This document shows positions 58,107 through 64,000 of a DNA stretch of 64,000 nucleotides, one piece after another. The number at the start of each line of letters is the position of its first letter. Positions within the stretch are counted from its first letter, which is position 1. Source of the DNA: Octopus vulgaris (Eukaryota); assembly GCA_951406725.2 (NCBI GenBank), contig OX597839.1, positions 39,866,001 through 39,930,000 on the forward strand. The letters are read 5' to 3'. Both the position numbers and the translations under genes were made by a program. A model generated the notes under the pieces. The model saw nothing but the letters and a program-made list of their open reading frames with translations, did not search any database and was not told the DNA's origin.

Positions 58107-59489
58107 TAGAGAGAGAGTGAGGCGGTCCTTATAGATTATATAACTCTTGAGAGAGAAATAGAGCTAGACATAAAGAATGAGACAGGAAGGTATACGTATC
58201 TTTTGAGAGAGAGGGAGAGAGGGATATGACAGGGAGAGAGAGAGGGAGATGACAGGGAGAGAGAGAGGGGGAGAGAGAGGAAGAGAGACAGGGAGAGAGA
58301 GAGAGGGAGATGACAGGGAGAGGAGAGGGAGATGACAGGTAGAGAGAGAGGGAGAGAGAGAGAGAGAGACGTAGGTTTTGACAGGGAGAGATAGAGACAC
58401 AGGAGGGAGGGAAAGTGGGTGAGAGTGATAGACAGAGAGAGAAAGAGAGAAAGAGAACGAGAGTGAGAGAGAGATGGAGACAGATATACGCTTAACTCTT
58501 TAAAGAAAGAAAGAAAAAACGAAAGAGAAAAGCAGTAAGAGAGTTTGTGTGTGTGTGTTAGTGTATTGTGTGTGTTTGTGTATGTGTGTGTGTGTTTGTG
58601 TGTGTGTGTTTGTGTGTGTGTGTGTTTGTGTATTCGTGTGTGTTTGTGTATGTGTGTGTGTGTGTTTGTGTATTCGTGTGTGTTTGTGTATGTGTGTGTG
58701 TGTTTGTGTGTGTGTGTGTTTGTGTATTCGTGTGTGTTTGTGTGTGTGTGTGCTTGTGTGTATGTGTGTTAGTGTATTTGTGTGTTTGTGTATGTGTGTG
58801 TGTGTGTGTTAGTGTATTCGTGTGTGTTTGTGTATGTGTGTGTGTGTGTTAGTGTATTTGTGTGTGTTTGTGTATGTGTGTGTATGTGTTTGTGTGTGTG
58901 TGTGTGTTAGCGTATTCGTGTGTGTTTGTGTATTTGTATGTGTTTGTGTGTGTGTGTTAGGTTATTCGTGTGTTTATGTATTTTTGTGCATGTGTGTGTG
59001 TTTATGTTTATGTGTGTGTGTGTGCATGTGTGTGTTTGAAAGTGTGTGTAATAAATTGATGGTTAAATATTTGCAGTGACGTCTGACTGGAGATTTAAGG
59101 TTTGTGACACGAATATTCTGGAACGGATGAGCGTGATAAAAAATATTTAGGAGGAAAAATTCTAAGCAAACCAGATTGACTTGTATCATGTCTAATGAAG
59201 AGACGCTGCGTTAACTCTTGAAGTCATGTCGTCTGCAAAAATATAGCTTGTTGGGTGATTAAATACCGGCCACATTACACAGTGTTGGAGTAGATATCAT
59301 ACGAGACCATTGCCAGATATACAGCCATGTTATAGATTTTTTTATGAAGATATCGTAGGTTGAAGTAAAACGTAGCGTTATGTATTGACTACGGTTTTAG
59401 ATATAACTGTTGGTAGTCGAAAATAGTAAAATGCCGATCTCATATATAGATATAAGAGTTCGTAGTAAAATTATTCATTAATATATTGA

Positions 59490-59565
59490 GCACGGAAACA
59501 CTCGTTCTTGTCTGGTTACTGAAGTTAAGTAAAGTTAAGTGTAGTTAGTACTTTGATGGATGACC
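59490..59565 (+). pseudogene. 5S rRNA-derived fragment
   Basis: gaaacactcgttcttgtctggttactgaagttaag...gtagttagtactttgatggatgacc resembles the invertebrate 5S internal control region (box A agttaag, box C-like tgatggatg). Confidence 0.7.
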
Positions 59566-59630
59566 TGAGCTCTTAAAAAATCTAAGAGCTTGTAAGCAAA
59601 GCACGTCTATGTGTGGTGGTAGAGTGAAGA

Positions 59631-60262
59631 AGGCGGCGAGCTGGCAGAAACGTTAACGATGGCGGCGAGCTGGCAGAAACGTTAGCACGCCGGGCGAAAT
59701 GCTTACCGGTATTTCGTCTGCCGTTACGTTCTGAATTCAAATTCCGCCGAGGTCGACTTTGCCTTTCATCCTTTCAGTGTCGATAAATTAAGTACCAGTT
59801 ACGCACTGGGGTCGATGTAATCGACTTAATCCCTTTGTCTGTCCTTGTTTGTCCCCTCTATGTTTAGCCCCTTGTGGGTAATAAAGAAGTAGGTATTTTG
59901 TCTGCCGTTACGTTCTGAGTTCAAATTCCGCCGAGGTCGACTTTGCCTTTCATCCTTTCGGGGTCGATAAATTAAGTACCAGTTACGCACTGGAGTCGAT
60001 ATGATCGACTTAATACCTCTGTCTGTCCTTGTTTGTCCCCTCTGTGTTTAGCCCCTTGTGGGTAATAAAGAAATAGGTATTTCGTCTGCCGTTACGTTCT
60101 GAGTTCAAATTCCGCCGAGGTCGACTTTGCCTTTCATCCTTTCGGGGTCGATAAATTAAGTACCAGTTACGCACTGGGGTCGATGTAATCGACTTAATCC
60201 GTTTGTCTGTCCTTGTCTGTCCCCTTGTCTGTGTTTAGCCCCTTATGGGTAGTAAAGAAATA
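59631..60262 (+). mobile_element. SINE family A: duplicated head plus three tandem 184-bp body units
   Basis: ggtattt unit starts at 59708, 59892 and 60076. Confidence 0.9.
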
Positions 60263-60507
60263 GTTAAAGGGATAAGTTTGTTTTGTAACCTGGTGAATTT
60301 GGGGTCAGTGCCATTGTGCGGCACCTGGAGCGAAGTGAGTTCTGGTAATAATCTCGACGCGACCAAAGCCTTGTAAGTGGACTTGTTTGGTGGAAACTGC
60401 GTAGAAAGTCATCGTACACGCACATACGCTCATATATCTATGAGAGAGGAAGTAAGACAAGGCGAGAGGAAGAGTGATAGAGTGAGAGCGAGCGCGAGCG
60501 AGCGAGA

Positions 60508-60539
<32 letters not shown>

Positions 60540-62045
60540 AAGAGAGAGAGAGTGACAGAAGTAAAGAGAAAGAGAGAGGGGGCAGGAGAAAAGAGAGAGA
60601 GAGAAACAGACAGAGGAAGAGAGAAAGACAGAGAGAGAAAAGGAAGGGCATAACTTCGAAGCTGTCTCTCTGTTCATGTATGTATGTGTGTATAAGGGAT
60701 CTAGACACCTATGTCCAACTTTATCCTTCTGTATCAGTATGTAACTAATTGACTACATCTGCCTCCAGGTGTGTTCTGTTTATCCCCCTGTGTCTACCTA
60801 TACCTCCACTGTGTACTAATGTTTCAACTCGTAACCACGTTCACCTATTTGTGTCCACATATACGAGTGTGTTTATCTGTGTCCAGGTTAGTTTTCCTGC
60901 GCGACGAACAAACTGCCAGCCAATTTGTATCTGAAATAATGACGAAAGAAATTAAAACAAACATGCCGACTTTGAGCAGAATAGTATAGGCAGTGGTACT
61001 GGTAGTGGTGGAGGAGGACACAGTGGTAGTGATGGTGGTAGTACTGGTGTTTGTGGTGGTGGGGTTAATGATGTGGTGGGTGGTTGTGATAGAAACTGTG
61101 GTGGTAGATGTGTAGAGCTAGCAGTATTGGCAAGAGCAGTAGTGGTACCTGTGGTTCATGGTTACGGTTCTGGTGATAGTAGTTGTATAGTGTTAGTAGT
61201 ATTGGTGATAGCGGTAGTCGTACCTGTTGGTTGTGGTTGTTTTATCGGTAGTAGTAACTGTATAGTGTTAATAGTATAGGTAATAGCAGTAACGGTACTT
61301 GTTCTTAGTTGTAGTTCTGGTAATAGTAGGTGTCTAGCGCTAGTAGTATGGATAATTACAGTATGGTACCTGTGGTTTGTATTTGGTAGTTGCGGTGCTG
61401 GTAGTTTCGGATGTAGTATTTATAGTTTTGGCTGTAGTAGACTGAAGACATGTCATAATTGTGGCTCTGGTGGTAGTAGTGATGGCTACGGTAGGCAAGG
61501 TACGGTGTTTGTGTCTGTACAAGTGGTATTAGTTATTGTGACTGCGGTGGTTGTGGTTGTGGCGGTAGTGGTAGATACAGATGTAAATGTGGTGGTGATA
61601 GTCGTTGCAGCTTAGTAGTAGTAGTAGCTATTTTGTTGGTTACTGAGTGGTGGAGGTCATGCAGTGGCTGAGGAGGAAGTTGTGGATTGGTGTGGCGGCA
61701 GAGAAGTAGCGGTGGTTGGGGAGGTAGTTGCGAACGGGGTTGAAGTTATGTAGAGTACTGTAGCATTAATTGTAGTAGTGGCGGTAGTATTCGTGGTGGT
61801 AGTTGTAAATGTAGTTGAAACACTACGTAGGCTGTGGCGCTATAATTACAGAAGTGACGGCGGTAGTGGAGGTAGTTGCGAATGTGGTCGAGACTATAAA
61901 AGCTGTGGCATTAATTACAGTAGTGGCGGTAGTGGTGGTAGTGGTGGGTGCAGTTGTGCTGGTTGCGATGACAGTTATGGAATGAATAGAGTCGTTGTCA
62001 TACTGGCGGTGATTTGCTGTAACTCTAGCGGCTAAGGCGGTGTTG

Positions 62046-62098
<53 letters not shown>

Positions 62099-62587
62099 AG
62101 TGGTGGTGGTAGTGGTGGTGGTGGTAGTGGTAGTAGTAGTATTGTGGCAGTGATAGCAGTAGTGGTAGTAGTCGTGGTAGTAGTATTATTGGTGATGGTG
62201 GTAGTAGTAGTAGTGGTAGTGGTGGTAGTAGTATTATTGGTGATGGTGGTAGTAGTAGTAGTAGTGGTAGTAGTATTATTGGTGATGGTGGTAGTAGTAG
62301 TAGTAGTGGTAGTGGTGGTAGTAGTGGTAGTAGTAGTGGTGGTGGTCTTGGTGGTAGTAGTAGTGGTGGTGGTCTTGGTGGTAGTAGTAGTGGTAGTAAC
62401 AGTGGTGATGTAGTGGTAGTGGTGGTGGTGGTGGTGGTCATGTTGTTGGTGTTGGTGGTAGTGGTGGCGGTAATTGTAGTGTTTGTGATGGTGTTGGTGG
62501 TAGTGCTAATGGTTATAATCCCGAGCGTGTTGACGGCGATAGCAGTCGAACTGATGATGATGATGATAATGATGATGATGATGGTGG

Positions 62588-62700
<113 letters not shown>

Positions 62701-63384
62701 GTGATGGTGGTGGTGATGATGATGATGATGATGACGACGATGGTTAATGTGGGATGCACTGGATGCAATGTCATCATCATAATCATCATCATCAGCAGCA
62801 GCAACAGTAGTGATGGTGGTGGTGGCGCCAGCTGCAACGGGCGGCGGCGGCGGCGGCGGCGCTGTTGCTGTGCTGTGCTGTTGGCGTCAGTGATTGGCTG
62901 AGCGGTGGAAGGAAGGAGACCAATGACAGTTGCATTAACTTTCCAGGAGCATTCTAATTAATAGCAATCAGATCTCAATTAACGTGTCCCCAACTAATGC
63001 AGCCGATGATGATGAAAAGCTCAGTTTGGTGAGTTCGCCGGAATTAACATGGCAAGACATTTCTGCCAGATTCCGTTAGCAAAGGCCGTCTATTTATGCA
63101 TCATTACTAATTCTTCTGTTGGCAAAGCATTGAAATATTTGGTTTCGTTCGTGACACAGGAAAAATAATGGAATCTGTTCGTTGTCTCTCCGGTCTTTCA
63201 GATGGCAATAGGTATGTACGCATGAGTGGTTGAGAAGTTCTTTCTGCAAGTGAGTGGTTTCTGGTTCAGTTCCGTTCCACAGCGCGGCATCTTTAATCTT
63301 TAAGTATCTTCTGATATATATATCTGCCGGTGTATAATTTGCGAATGAATTCGTACAAGGAGAGTGTATCGAAGACCGTCGTAA

Positions 63385-63432
<48 letters not shown>

Positions 63433-63491
63433 ATATATATATGTGTGTGGGTGTGTGTATATATATATATTTATGTATATATGTATATCTG

Positions 63492-63524
<33 letters not shown>

Positions 63525-63646
63525 GTATATATATATATGTATGTATATATATATGTATGTATATATATATGTATATATATATGTATGTATGTATATATAT
63601 ATGTATATATATATGTATATATATATGTAAATATATATATATATGC

Positions 63647-63730
<84 letters not shown>

Positions 63731-64000
63731 TGTTATATTTCGGAATGGTCATATTGCCAGTTTAGCCAATAAAAACACACGCACTATATATTTGGTGTTA
63801 TTTATTTTTTACATTAATCTTAATCTTATTTCGGCCAGAGTTCTTTCGTCACACTCCTGTGACCGCATCAGTGGTCCTTTGTTTTCTTCTTTCTTATTTG
63901 TGTCTCTCCTTACTAATCGTTAGTAAGGAGAGACACAAATAAGAAAGAAGAAAACAAAGGACCACTGATGCGGTCACAGGAGTGTGACGAAAGAACTCTG
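63731..64000. mobile_element. Fold-back (palindromic) HHR-bearing element running off the window end
   Basis: Perfect inverted repeat 63836-63916 / 63920-64000 with a 3-nt loop. Related sequence at ~31950-32075 and ~40901-41013. Confidence 0.75.
63833..63877 (-). ncRNA. Hammerhead-like fold (core CTGATGCG); mirror copy on + strand at 63959-64000
   Basis: Minus strand reads ggacca-CTGATGCG-gtcac(aggagt)gtgac-GAAA-gaac-TC-tggcc. Confidence 0.6.

Noticed and set aside
59186-59236. CTAATGA-agag...ctct-t-GAAG hammerhead-like motif
   Set aside because: Two core mutations and no stem I pairing.

Overview
Eukaryotic, repeat-saturated genomic DNA, probably from an octopus or related cephalopod. This is inferred from the very dense (TA)n, (CA)n, (TATG)n, (TATC)n and (TAA)n microsatellites and the abundant tRNA-derived SINE families. 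I found no intact host protein-coding gene, and most ORFs in the track are microsatellite translations. Recognisable mobile elements are a defective Penelope-like retroelement (RT + GIY-YIG, 22.6-25.3 kb), two R4/Dong-type LINE ends in (TAA)n, a CR1-type LINE end, a Gypsy gag-protease relic, a mariner transposase relic, a mariner MITE, a small Helitron, a 5S rRNA-derived fragment and many SINEs. The most striking signal is a set of minimal type-I hammerhead ribozyme (HHR) folds. One is fully canonical (44.7 kb); others have variant catalytic cores, including a compensatory G3:C8 swap. They lie in the Penelope 3' end and in several apparently unrelated short non-coding cassettes set in (TA)n tracts, often with fold-back ends. 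This suggests a Penelope-mobilised, microsatellite-targeted population of ribozyme-bearing mini-elements. All folds were read by eye and none has been tested.
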